From: Camelus dromedarius
Lineage: Eukaryota
Length of the DNA: 64,000 nucleotides
Assembly: GCF_036321535.1 (NCBI RefSeq)
Contig: NC_087436.1
Location: forward strand, 78,928,001-78,992,000
Reading direction: 5' to 3'
In this document: in pieces, positions 37,298-49,918 of the stretch
Layout of the letters: every line of letters starts with the position of its first letter
How positions within the stretch are numbered: the stretch's first letter is position 1
Program-made: the position numbers and the translations under genes
The notes under the pieces: generated by a model
The model's database searches: none
What the model was told of the DNA's origin: nothing
The model's input: the letters and a program-made list of their open reading frames with translations, nothing else

Positions 37298-37759
37298 CTG
37301 AATTGAACAAAGAAATACCAATCACAGAAAATAAAAAATGATAATGTTAAAAGGAGAAAAAAAAAAGGCATTAATAGCCAGATGCAAAGCAAAAAATAAG
37401 AGCAGCAAAATAGCATACATTAGTCAGGCAATTGCTTTCAAGGTAGCTGGGGTCCCAAAAGAAAACATACATTCACAATAAAAAGGGCGGAGGGAGATAG
37501 CAGAAAAATCAGTATGAAAACTAAATCAAAGCACAAAGAACAATGCCATTCAAGTGTCAAGAATAAGGGAGGAAAGGTAGGCTCTGTAAGTAGGGAAGGA
37601 AAGAAGACATTCCAGGGGAAAAAAAAAGTAATTGAGTAAAAAAGTGATTTTGAAGCATTAATCATATTGATGCTACTAGCAGATCTCTAAACATATTGCT
37701 GTAAGCTCTCTTTTCTGGATTCATTAGAGCCACAAAAATCACGTTAGTCCCATATGAGG

Positions 37760-37930
37760 CTTAGAATCAAACAATACTAAAGATCATCCAGTCTAATCCC
37801 CACGCTTTATCATCAAGGAAACCAAGGCCCAGAGAAATGAAGAGGCTGGCTGAGGTCCATACAACTCAGTAATGGAGTGAGGACTGATTCCAGTGTTCTG
37901 AGGCCCAGGCCAGTGTTTGCTGCACCACAC
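37760..37930 (-). mobile_element. MIR-family SINE relic
   Basis: agatcatccagtctaatccc...aaggaaaccaaggcccagagaaatgaag...gaggtcca. Confidence 0.6.
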
Positions 37931-39565
37931 CATGGAACTCAGCCTGGAGTCCAGAGGTTTTCATAAAAAATTTTTAAAGCCATCAAAATATTTTTTGTCA
38001 AGTAAGTCTTCGTAGAAACTCTACCATAAACAGTCGCAAAGATGCGCTGGTCTAAGCAGGAGTGCAATGCCTGCTGATTTGGCCTCCCTTTCATCCCTGT
38101 ACTCCTGCCTGTATATGTGCCTGTAAAACCGTAAGCCTCTGCCCTCATTCAGTGTATCATTGAGTTTTAAAAAGCAAATCACCACTTAATTTATGACTGA
38201 ACTTGTTTTCCTTTTCTTAAAGTATGAGACTGTTAAGTTGAACTATAACAAAGCCTTTCAAGGTTTTTTTTTGTTTTTTTTTTAACATTTTCCCAGAAAG
38301 ACAGATAAAGCCAAGGACATAAAGAGTAAATATTCTCTTCTCCCAGAATAGAATGCCTTACTTCAGTGCCCTGAGATAGGGAGGTGGAACTCAAGGTACT
38401 TAGCTTAGGAGTTCTAATTCTGTTAACCATTAACTAGCCACGAGATACGGAGAAATTCAACCTCTGTCTTAAAACCCTGATTAGTCAGTCGCTTGACTTC
38501 TCCACCTCTCAGTTTTCCCAGCCATCACCTGATACGCCCTAGCTATGTCGTAGACTTTGCAAGTCTAGTGCAATCTCCGCTAGAGTGGGGAATTTAATGT
38601 TTTGTTTACCCATACACCCTCAATGGGTAGCATAAAGACAGGCACTTAAATTCTTATTTGTCCAATGAATGAAAAAACAAAACTACAGTCACAACTATAT
38701 ACAAATGTGATCTACCTTGATTAGTACCATCCAAAAGTACAACAGACAAAAGAGCATGATTTTTTTTTTTAGTTTTTCATCCTTCTATGCTTACTTCTGA
38801 TACAACAAACTGTAAAACTGACCCTGTCAATTCTATCAGCAATTTATTCTATTTTAAAATGGAGAGGGTACCAGTTAATTTTGTTATCAATCAAGACCAT
38901 TTACTACTTATGAAAATATAATTTTCACTTAAGAACATGAGGTTATCTATTGGTCTGGAAATAAAGATTGCTGCATGAAATAGTAAAAAAACAGTAAGAG
39001 GCCACATTTTATGCCATTTGGTCATTTTAATTTAATAAATTAATTAATAAAAATCATTTAATCATCTTTACATATCCCATGACCCACATTTTCATAAACC
39101 TTTGGCCATTTGCTTTTCTCTAAAATACAACTTGTCCAAAAAAATAAGTTTGAATTCTGGATACTTTGTATTGTGCTGATATAGAAGTAAACCTGTTCAT
39201 AGTAAACCTGTTCTACTGATTCAAAAAATAATTCTCAAAAAAAGGACTACTATTTTCTAAAAACATTAAAAAAAATTAACCAAATCACTCACAAAATTGT
39301 ACCCACTACTTTACTTACAGTTTGTTAGATGAATCAAACTGTAGAGAACAGATGTGCATGTGTAAGAGAAGTTTGAGTGATGGAGAAGTAAGAAGAAATC
39401 ACCCTAGAGAGCTTAGATTAATTTATATATAATTTATAATCTATTTGACCAGATTAAAGGGATAATTAAAAAAAAAACACATTATAAGGTCTCTTACCCA
39501 ACAAACTAAAACCACCAATTTGAACAGAAATACATAAATGTTACTATCTGAACCATATCACTCAC

Positions 39566-39742
39566 ATGGGGATAATATTGTTGAGTTGGAACTCTTGGCA
39601 TCTGTGTGTGACCAGCAACGGGTCCAGGCCTGCCCTTGGGCAGCTGCTGCCTCTCATATGGAATTTTAGATGACTCCTGTTGTCCTGGTACAGGCTCTCC
39701 TTGTGCTCTACAAAGTCTGTCACGAAGCTGCACAATATTTGG
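39566..39742 (-). CDS. SEC31A: SEC31A exon, 177 nt
   Basis: ttatag| PNIVQLRDRLCRAQGEP...QQYYPH |GTGAGT. Confidence 0.96.
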
Positions 39743-41189
39743 CTATAAGAAGCAATGGAAGAAAGCAAAGCAAACAGAGTTCACCCAACTATATATGACA
39801 GCATGTTGATCTTCTTAAAGTAAGCTTGATCGTTCATATGATATTTGTTCATATGCTGTGTATTATACAATAAAACCTGTCACCTTAGGGTCTGACATCA
39901 TGGTTTCTAATACTGAAGACTGACATCAAAGGTCCATTATACATAGTGTAACTTACAATTTAACCAAGTCAGGGATTTGAATTATGCCCACCACACAGTA
40001 ACATGCAAGATCAATGTCACTTATCAACACTGCTCTTTTGTTGTTTTCTTGCAGTTAAGTAATGCTCACAAATCACAAAAGTACCTGAAAAAATGCAACT
40101 TTATTTCTTTGTAGGGAAAAAAGATTCTAAAAGAGAATCAACTGTTAAAGTTGGTAATGGCAGAAAATGGTGATCTAAGAAAGAGATGAAAGTTAATTAA
40201 AAAAAGAGATGCTTGAAATAAATTAAGAGTAAGATGTCAAACTCAGGGTAGCTCATACAGATCTACAACTATACAGATCTAAAATAAGTATGAGCTGACC
40301 ATATAAACATTCAAGGTATTAACAAACAACAACAAAAAGCAATGTGTTAAAATGTTTCAGCAAGAATTCATCTTAATATCTATAAAAATTATAAATTTCT
40401 ATACATTCATTAAAAGTTTAAAGATGTCACTTAAACTTTTTGGGTATACTTAGGTAAACTTGCCTTAAGGAGGGGAATTATAGACTACAATGATGTCACA
40501 AAGTCTCAGGACATATTCCTCAGAAAATACTAAGTGTCTTCTGAGATATACAGGAAGAAATGACACTAAAATTATGAATTTTGCATAAAGAATGTTCTTT
40601 AAAAGTCTGAAGAAGAGCATGAAAAATAATGTATAGAAAATACATGTGGTCATAAATGATAGTGAAAATAGAGTTTAATTCTAAGGCTGGAAGATCTAAA
40701 GTCTTATATTAAGTTAGTCTTAAGATAAAGGCCCTTATATCTCAATATAATAATGAGATCTTATTAAGTGAAAAATCACATAAAACTAATATGCCTAAAT
40801 CATCATAAAGATAAAGACTATGTTTCTACTGTAATATTCTCATTAACAATCTAAGGGGACTCGAGGTGGATCCTACATGTAAGTGTACACAAAACCAAGC
40901 AGAGAACCACACCTCCACAGTCCTGGAACACAGAGGTAGTATTTTACTCAATGAAACTACTCAGTGAAATGTACTGGTAATTCCCTAGAACAGATACAAT
41001 CCTGAAAACAATTAACTAAAAAAAATCTATCAAAAAACAGAATAAAGTTTAGAATAAAAAGTATAGAAACAATATAAGGCTCAAAATTAAGCTCTGGCAG
41101 ACACACAATGCAGATAAAAATATCTTACTTATGGAAAACTGTCTTCACACCCACACTAGCTTCCACCCATGCTCTGTTACCGGTTTTCA

Positions 41190-41383
41190 AAAATTTTTTA
41201 AAATTATTTTTATATTTTATATATTTTATGTAAAAATTATATTTTTTATTTTTTAATTTTTGGGGAGGGGATAATTAGGTTTATTTATTTATTTATCTAT
41301 CACTTTAATGGAGGCACTGGGGATTGAACCCAGCACCTTGTGCTCGCTAAGCACACACCATACCACTGAGCTACACCCTCCCC
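41190..41383 (-). mobile_element. tRNA-Ala-derived SINE (Vic-1-like)
   Basis: Reverse complement of the same head (ggggattgaacccag...ctgagctacaccctcccc) with T-rich tail. Confidence 0.85.
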
Positions 41384-42131
41384 GTTACTGAGTTCCCCTC
41401 CTCTGTGCCCCCACAGCACTACTAGCTTTATCACTGTCCTTATCACGTTGGAATACCATGTTTACTTCTGCTGTCATTTTGAGTTTGGAAACTCCTCCAG
41501 GCAAAGGATCCTGGCAATCTTATTTATCACTATATATTTAGTCACTTACTGAACTGAAACAAATATCATGAAAAAGACTGAGTTTTACTGCACACCAAAT
41601 AAGGACACTAAGTTAGGAATGTAATGTAGTTCCCTCTGCCTTGAATACTTTAAAAATATACTTGCACACAGACAGTATCAGACGGAAATGGCACAGAGAA
41701 TGAACAACTTCACTAATATCTGGGCTGCCACTTGTGGGAATTTTAAAATCACAACCCCAGTGTGTTTAAGTATTAACATTTACAGCTTTTTAACACAGAA
41801 GATTCCTAGGAATAATCTTGTGCAGAGTCAGCATTTGGCTTAAGAAACAAAAAGGTGGTCCTTTTCTCATTTATTTTCCTCAAATACCATGCCCTTCAGT
41901 ACAAAGGCATCTATCACACTGTAAGAGCATCCCATCCCTCTGACACAGCCTGGATACACTTAAAATGATCTTTGAAGAATTGTCAATAATATTCACCTAC
42001 AGTCAGGTGACAGAAGTTCAACTGCTCCAAAATATTCCACGTTCTAGTACATGTTATGTTTAATACTGAGCTATCCACTGGACTTACCTTTCTCATACAC
42101 TGAAAGAAGAAAAATGGTTAGTTCTAATTAC

Positions 42132-42305
42132 CTGGTTGGTGTTTTCAGGAAGAAAAGCCAAGGCTGCAGCAATACTGCCCTGGGCTGCCAACAAATTGGC
42201 ATACTGACTCATCTTCTCAGCCAAAAGAACTCCTACAGTGCTAGTGTCCATGGCTTGGGTGAGTTGCACAGCTTTTCGCAGGATGACAACTTTCTCAATC
42301 AGATC
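42132..42305 (-). CDS. SEC31A: SEC31A exon, 174 nt (ACE1 alpha-solenoid)
   Basis: tttag| DLIEKVVILRKAVQLTQAMD...FLPENTNQ |GTAATT. Confidence 0.96.
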
Positions 42306-42896
42306 CTAAATGAGAAAAAGAAGGGAGGGTGAAGGAGAAACAGACAATGACACCAAGATGTGTACTAAGAGGAGTCAGGAAAAGATCAGGAGTTACTGAC
42401 AGTTCCAAAGTCTACAAAAAGTGCGGTACCTTCCACATACTACATACTATATAGTATTATCACCAATCTTAAAAAGGTCTGGAAGACTTGGCCACTACTG
42501 AGGTAACTGAAAAAGTAGGTATCCTCTTACTCATAGATAAAACATAGGTTACCACCTTTTCCTAAACATCCTTAAGCTGCCAGATACTCGTGAGCTAAAA
42601 AAGGCAAGTATCCCAAGTGATGGGGAGAGGCAGAGATCTGAAGGCAGACACTGGGTTGCAGCAGGTGTAAGAGGAAACATACTTACGTATACAAAAATAA
42701 AAATAGTACCACTGAGAGGTGACCCCAAACAGGCTTAGTATTTCAACCCAAAGTTTCTCATGTTGTTCTTCAATGCCAATTCTTTCAACAATGGGGACCT
42801 ATGCTTCAGGTATAAAGTACAAGAATATCCCAACTGCCCCTCATAAGTACACAAATCCAGATGTGTGAAACAAGTTGTTTTCCCTCAGAAGCACTT

Positions 42897-43198
42897 AAAA
42901 GGAAAACCTTCCAAACCATGTGCTGGTGAGAATGTGCAGCACTGGGGCTCTCATCCGATGAGTATGTCATCAAATGTTTCAACCCTGAAGATAGTAAGTT
43001 AGTGCTCCTTCAGCTTTTTATTTTGAAAGAATGTTAGATTTACAGAAGAATTACCAAGATAGCAAAGAAAACTCTGTTCCCTTTACCTAGTTCCCCCTAA
43101 AGGCAACACTGTCCATGAACCTAGCAAAATTAACAAAACTAGTAAATGATACAATAAACAAAACAAAACAAACAAAACAAAAATAAAAGGAAAACCTT
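42897..43198 (+). mobile_element. L1-mediated retro-insertion of a 274-bp composite sequence, including its 14-bp TSDs
   Basis: AAAAGGAAAACCTT at 42897-42910 and 43185-43198; TT/AAAA site; AATAAA and A-rich tail before the second copy. Confidence 0.7.
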
Positions 43199-43826
43199 GA
43201 TTCCTACAAGATTTTTGGTTTCAACAGTGATTTTTAAAGCAAGAACTTTACTGGGAAACTCTTTTTCCAGAGATAAAAAGAAATATTAGACTGAAATTTC
43301 TTGCAGCTTGCTGATTAAATGCTTAGAAAGAAAAAAATCTACATCTATAGTTCTCAGAACCTGAGAATATTCCCCATATTTTTTACTTCCTCTCTTGCCT
43401 GTGTATTAGTGCTACATGAGATTCCATTTACTTCTTTCATTTTCCCTGAACCATGTCTACTGTACTAGGAATGTCTCCCCTTCCTCACCCTACATTGCTT
43501 CTATCTTTGCCCAGGCAGACAGCATCCCTGGAGACAGAGAAAGGGGCAGGAGGAAAAGGTTAAACTCTAGGGCTGTTATCATGCTCTTGCCATCTACCTT
43601 CCCCAATAAACTACCATATCAACTTTGATTTCACAAACAGCTGCATTCCTATTTTACTGTCCCATCATCTCAAACTGCCTCTCCACAGATAGCAATAAAT
43701 ACACATAATTCAACAAAAGAACTCCTAAAATGTAATTAAGGAGGGTGAAAGCAATGAATTTCTGGAACAAATCAATTTCTAGAATATAAGGAGACAGGAA
43801 GCACCTTTTGTATCAAAGACACTAAC

Positions 43827-43972
43827 CTGAAGGGACAAAGGGTTGCTTCCATCTTGAGCTTTAGTCCAACATGCAACTAGTTTCTCTACATTCCCTGCAC
43901 AAATATAGCAGAGACATGCCTGGGTCTGCAGGAGACTATCACCTTCACTTTCAAGTCTGGTTCCCAAAAGGT
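43827..43972 (-). CDS. SEC31A: SEC31A exon, 146 nt
   Basis: ctatag| (D)LLGTRLESEGDSLLQTQACLCYICAGNVEKLVACWTKAQDGSNPLSLQ |GTTAGT. Confidence 0.96.
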
Positions 43973-44927
43973 CTATAGATCAAGAGGAAAACAAAATTAC
44001 ACACAAGGCAATCTGTACATGAGGTCATGAGCAGCCCAATAATATTTTCAGAAGATGGATTAAACTTTATAACCAATGAGTGGCAGGTAGAAACAAAATC
44101 ACTGTGACGTAAATGTTCAGTAAATATTTTTTGTTACATGAGGGGAAGCATGTGAAAAACCGATATAATAAACAATTTCATAAGATTCTATACCTAGTTG
44201 TAGAATGGATTTCCATTCATTATATTAGAAAAAATTAATAATGGAAACAATACTTGAACAGAAAAATTCTAATGAACATTTAACTGCACTTCATCACATC
44301 AGATGCTTTTGTGAGCAGTGGACTAAAATATGGCACATTTGGAATAAACATCAATGGTAGCTAGCACTACTATAAATTGTTTATGATGATAAAGTTAATA
44401 TCCTATAATCCTGTATTCTCATAATAGTTTCAAGGAAGCAAATGGTTGTTTGTTTTTATACTAGCAGCATAAAGCTTCTGCTTTTGCAAATGAGTTTTAT
44501 TCCCTAGTTATCAGTTTAGTCATGGCCTTTAATGGTAATTTCTACTCACATGTTATAATTATTAATTTTATCAAGGTAACATTTATTAACATTTATAAGA
44601 GCTGACTATGTGTCATTTTACATATGACCATACTAAGGCTTAGGAATTAATTTTTCCTAGGGTGTACAGCTAATAAAGTGGCAGAGGCAAGATTCCAAGT
44701 TTGGTCTGTCCAAAACCAATATCATTAAATAATACTATTAAAAATAATGACTAATAGGTATGGAGAAGCAATGTAGTTAGTAATTCTGAGAAAAGCATTC
44801 AAATGAGAACTTTGTTTTCTTGTTGTGATTAGAAGGCTTAAAAAATTTTCTCATAAAGTCTGTCATTAATTTTATTTGCAATAGTCCATGCCATATACAT
44901 AATATAATATAAAGCTCATTTTCTTAC

Positions 44928-45054
44928 CACAAAGGGCTGAAAACTCATCTGGTTTCGCGTAAGTCAGTACTGCAGCTAAAGCCTCTCTCCAATTTTTAAG
45001 GTCACAAGACTCAACAATCTCCTTCCAGTTCTTCATCACTACTGCAGTAATTAG
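44928..45054 (-). CDS. SEC31A: SEC31A exon, 127 nt
   Basis: cccaag| LITAVVMKNWKEIVESCDLKNWREALAAVLTYAKPDEFSALC |GTAAGA. Confidence 0.96.
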
Positions 45055-45914
45055 CTTGGGAAAGGAAAATGAAGGGAGAATTAAAAGCCTTTGGTGCATT
45101 AATAAAAATTAACTCTGGCTAATCAATCATTTCTTTCAAAACTACTATTCAACGTTTCATATAGAATAAAAGCAGCAGCAAACTGAAGTGTATTCTTGAA
45201 TCAAATGACATAAAAGACAGTATCAGTTTTCCTCAAAAAAAAAAAAAAGAATCACACTAAGATATTTTATAAAATGCTGAGACGAAAAGTATAGGGTGTA
45301 ACTAAAACATTGAACAGGAAGACATGACTTGGTCTGAAGGATCAGGAAAAACTTTCTGAGCATACAGACATTTGAGATGTGAAGTTAGAATTAATTTCAT
45401 CAAGAAAGGAAAAAACATTCCTGGCCAAGGGATCACTAGGGGCACAGTCCTGAGAGAGAAAGGCACATGGAGTGTGTGAGGAACTGAAGGCAGCCAGTGT
45501 GGCTAAACAACAGCAGGGGAGGGAGTGACACTGAGACAGCCTGGGAAACTGACAGCAACCAAAGCTGCTGGCACGGAACACTGGGACAACTTTTATGGAA
45601 AGAAATGTAGTATTAGTAAGCTTAAAAATGTACAGACCCTTTGTACCAGAAACTCCTTTCCAAGAACTACAGCCTTATGAAACAATTAGAAATTCACACA
45701 AATCTTTCGGCACAAGGATGTTTATCAGGATCTTAACTATATTAGGAAAATATCAGAAACCACTTAAATATCCCCAAATAAGGGAAATAATATATCCCTA
45801 CTTATAGAATATTATAGAGCAATTGAAATTTTGCTAAGACTCTTTAACGATATGGGAAAATGCTTACAATGTAAGTGACAGTATCTGTAAGTAAAACTAT
45901 ACATATATAATCTT

Positions 45915-46003
45915 TCTTTTTTTTAATGGAGGTACTGGGGATTGAACCCAGGACCTCGTGCATGCTAAGCACTCACTCTATCACTGAGCTATACACCCAC
46001 CCC
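45915..46003 (-). mobile_element. tRNA-Ala-derived SINE (short form) with 18-bp TSD
   Basis: Same head; flanked by CTATACATATATAATCTT at 45897-45914 and 46005-46022. Confidence 0.9.
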
Positions 46004-46364
46004 TCTATACATATATAATCTTCATTCTGTTTTTAAAAATTCTACAAATACATAGAAAGAGGTACAAAAGAGTATGCACAAATCTGACGGAATTACGGGA
46101 TATTAAAATTTTTATCTTTAACATTTTCTATGTTCTAACTTTTCTACAATGAAAATATGAAAGGTATTCTTCATTGAAAAAAATACATATGTAACAACAA
46201 AATCTGAAGTAATTATACCAAGCTATCAGCAATAACTACTTTTGGATCAAGGAATTATGGGTAGTTTTTTTGTTCTTTACTGTTTTCTGCATTTCTATTA
46301 TCTATAGTAAAAGTATACTATTTTACAAATGTGTTATTGTTTATCTATTTTAAAAATAACATAC

Positions 46365-46543
46365 CCTGGTAATTTTGCTTTGGGATTTTGCAAAGTACTT
46401 TTTCTGCGTTCGGGCCAAGAGTTCTTGTCCACCTGCTATAGCCAATATAATGGCATCAGCCATGCGGTTATCATGTAAACAAAGGTCAACAGCATTCTCA
46501 AAGTTACCCGTCAGCAAAGCCTGAGTAATTAAACCATCAATAT
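46365..46543 (-). CDS. SEC31A: SEC31A exon, 179 nt
   Basis: ttgcag| (D)IDGLITQALLTGNFENAVDLC...SQSKITR |GTATGT. Confidence 0.96.
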
Positions 46544-46971
46544 CTGCAATAAAGAAATAATATACCTAAGTTAAATAAAGTTTTGTTATAAGAAAAAAAC
46601 ACTACACCTATGAATTTTTACACACACATACAATGGAGAACACATGCTCATTCTCAAATATTACTGGTGGATTAATTTCTAATATAAGCTCTTGATATCT
46701 ATGAAAATATACTGAGATGTATGGAAATAAAATTAGGTAAAGTAATGTATTTTCCAGAGTGTTTAAACTGTAGTAATAAAGATCATTATACAGTTTCTAT
46801 CACACAGGGTTAGATCATACTATCATTTTTAAGGTACTGATTACATATGCTAAATGGTAACTGAGTTCTTTTCAATAATCTACCATCTGTAACAAAATGT
46901 TTCTAACTTAAGCTTAGGGACTACTTGCTTTCAGATGGTTAAAAAAATTAGAAATCGAAACTGACAGATAC

Positions 46972-47047
46972 CCCCACTGATGGAGATGTTAAATGTTCCT
47001 CCAGCTGATGGTAGAAATTCAGATTCTTGCTTTTCCTCTTCAGTGCG
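46972..47047 (-). CDS. SEC31A: SEC31A exon, 76 nt
   Basis: ctttag| RTEEEKQESEFLPSAGGTFNISISG |GTATCT; phase 0-1. Confidence 0.93.
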
Positions 47048-49339
47048 CTAAAGATGGAAAGGGCAGCAATTTAGCTGGAATGAAACTGGAATAATTTACC
47101 AGCAAAACAAAATTTATGTATGATTATTCACCTACTGACTAGATGACATGGCAAGTTATTTCAGAAAAGTTCTCAGATTCAAGTTTACACTAAGATCCAT
47201 AATTTCCCTAAGTATTAACTCTCACTATATAATCATAAATAAAAGTCATCAGAAATAAACTTAAGTGTACATGTCCATTACTGGTAGCTCAGAAGTTATT
47301 GAGGCTGAGGAATCTTTGTTTTCGTAGATACTTCAACTAAGAGTAGCCTTGAAACATACAAAATATGTTTTTAATGACACCATATTTAGATTTTAAAACC
47401 TCACTTCTATAGATCTAAAAATTTGTCTAATAAGTATAGTTATAATAGAACTTTTCTGTTTTAATTGACTCAGTCATAAACAAAAAATCACATGCATCCT
47501 TACATAAATGAAATATAAACAGATTATTTATAAATATACTCATTAAATTATAGATTTTGTGTTCTCTTAAAATAGTCATGTCTAGAACAGCAGGTTGGTC
47601 TGGTAAGAATATACACAGTTCTGCTATAAATTTCTGAGACTACTTGTAAGACTGAGTAAAAATAAATATTTTTTTTCTTTAGAAGAAAAGAAATATAATG
47701 GAGACATACTGCTGGCAAATACTTTAAATGCTTTCTGTTCTATGCATAAAAATTCTACAGAAGATGAAAAATAAAATATATACGAGATTATAGAGAAATT
47801 AAAAAAAAAAGTTTTACATGAGATAAAATACCTATCTTCTGTGCTTGTGTTACCTACACATCTGAAAGTTAGCACTTAGTATCCAAAGCCAGGAGCATTT
47901 TTGAATTGGGTAATTTTAGTGTAAAGCACAACACAGGATCATCTGTTAATAATGTTTAATTAGCCAGTATTGACCATTATAAGAGAATAACTATAGCGTT
48001 AATTCTTTCCCCAATGAAGCATTTTAGAATCGAGAACTGTAATAAAAATTTTTTTAAACTTAAGTTATTCACATTAGGTAATAAAATCAGATACTGATCT
48101 GATTATATTCTCTAACAAACTTACCAAAAAACCCTTTTCCTTCTTTTAACGATTGTTAAAATTTGCTTTCTAAAAACTACTAATAAACCTTTATGTATGG
48201 ACTTCTGAAACATACATAAAGTCAAAAATACACAATTTATTATGTGTTGGGTATCTTCAATGTGTAAGCTACTATGTTTTATTTTATAACAAATAGCATT
48301 ATCAAGATAAAGGGGAAGATATCATGACCTTAAACAATATTTTTTCAAATATTCTGAAAGCATATATCAGTAACTGCTGTTCTGTTAAATACATATTTAC
48401 CTATATATTTAATTCATGAGTGTATTTCCAAATGGCCCTCTACTGGACAATAGTTAATCCAGTTGTATATAAATAAAAGTACATTTCCTTATAATTCTGT
48501 CTAGGTATTCCCAAAATTAGTTCAAATTTTTAGTAAGACTTTACCCATCTCCTTTATTCTCAGGCTAAATAAAATGTGAGATCTACTTCTAAGGAAAATG
48601 TTTTTAATAATAATCTTGTAGTAGTCTAAATTTAGTGATTAATTATTTTTATAACTTGGTAAAAGACCGTAAGAAACTTTACATAGTCAGGATAACCCCA
48701 AATCACAAAGAAAAATGAAAAAATCAAATATGAGATGAGAAATAAGTACTTGTTGATTAATTTTCCAAGATGAAATATAATTTAGAAAGCAAGAAAAGTA
48801 AATTACAGAATTATTAGTGTTTTAAAAAAAAACTCAGAAAATTCAAAGGAAAAAAAGAATGACACAACTCTGTGTTCAAGGACTCTTTTTTAACTAGTTA
48901 TAAAAATTGTCGATAGAACTCAGGACACATTAATAGTAAATCATAATAATCCGTTTATTTAGTGAAACATTCTTTACTTAAACTCAAAAGTTCAAAATTA
49001 ATTCAGAAGCCTATGCCACTGCTAGTGAGCCCTAAATATTAACGTGCCAAGAAAAAATACTAACTTTACATAGAAGGCAATGTGACCAAGTTAAGTCAAT
49101 CTCACATCAACTATTAATTTTAAACCACATAATTCAGAAGCTAGGTCAGAGAACTAAAAATTTTAGAGATGATACCTCCATCAAGCTAGTAAATGGACTC
49201 CTACCCTAAGAATCTCTAAGAAAGTAAACTCCAGCTTTATTTTGGAACAAGTAGTCAAGAAAATTTTCCATTATTTCAATGTGAGATAAACAAATATCAT
49301 ATATTTCCCCAATGTAATTGAAAATGAAAAAATAAATAC

Positions 49340-49417
49340 CTCTCCCAACAGCTGCTCTTCAGCAGCAGGGCTCTCCTCCCCATCACTCTGTGCTACTTGG
49401 TCAGAGTCTTTAAGAGC
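49340..49417 (-). CDS. SEC31A: SEC31A exon, 78 nt (symmetric, alternatively spliced in human as I recall)
   Basis: ccaaag| ALKDSDQVAQSDGEESPAAEEQLLGE |GTATTT. Confidence 0.93.
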
Positions 49418-49879
49418 CTTTGGTACACAAAACAATTACAGGAGGAGTTGAAGAAAGTTGCATTAAAAGGTTATTAGTGAACAAAGAAGACAAAAGACCC
49501 AACCAACAACATTCATAAGAAGCAACTAATTTATTTGAGAAACACCATTAGAGCAAAAGCAGAGAGTAATTACTGTTAAGACCTAGCCTTTCTTTCCTAC
49601 CAAATATCCCTGAGCAACCAAGATTTTAACCTGAAGTATCTGAGCAGTCATTGATTTCATTTTAACTCTTTTGCAAAATTCAAATAATGTCAAGAGAAAA
49701 TAATAATCTACCAGGTAAAACTTACACTATTTTAAAATGAGAATTATTCTTGTATTAAAATTCCTATAGTCAGTATTTTTTCTAACTGTAAAGCAATAAA
49801 ATAAATTTCTTAAATTACATTTCCTTATGACCTAAATCAAAATTTCAGAAGGTAGTTATTTGTAAAGGGTTTCTCTTAC

Positions 49880-49918
49880 CACATCAGGTCCATCCACTTT
49901 GTTCAAGGCCAAAGCAAT
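49880..49918 (-). CDS. SEC31A: SEC31A exon, 39 nt (symmetric, alternatively spliced in human as I recall)
   Basis: tttcag| IALALNKVDGPDV |GTAAGA. Confidence 0.92.
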
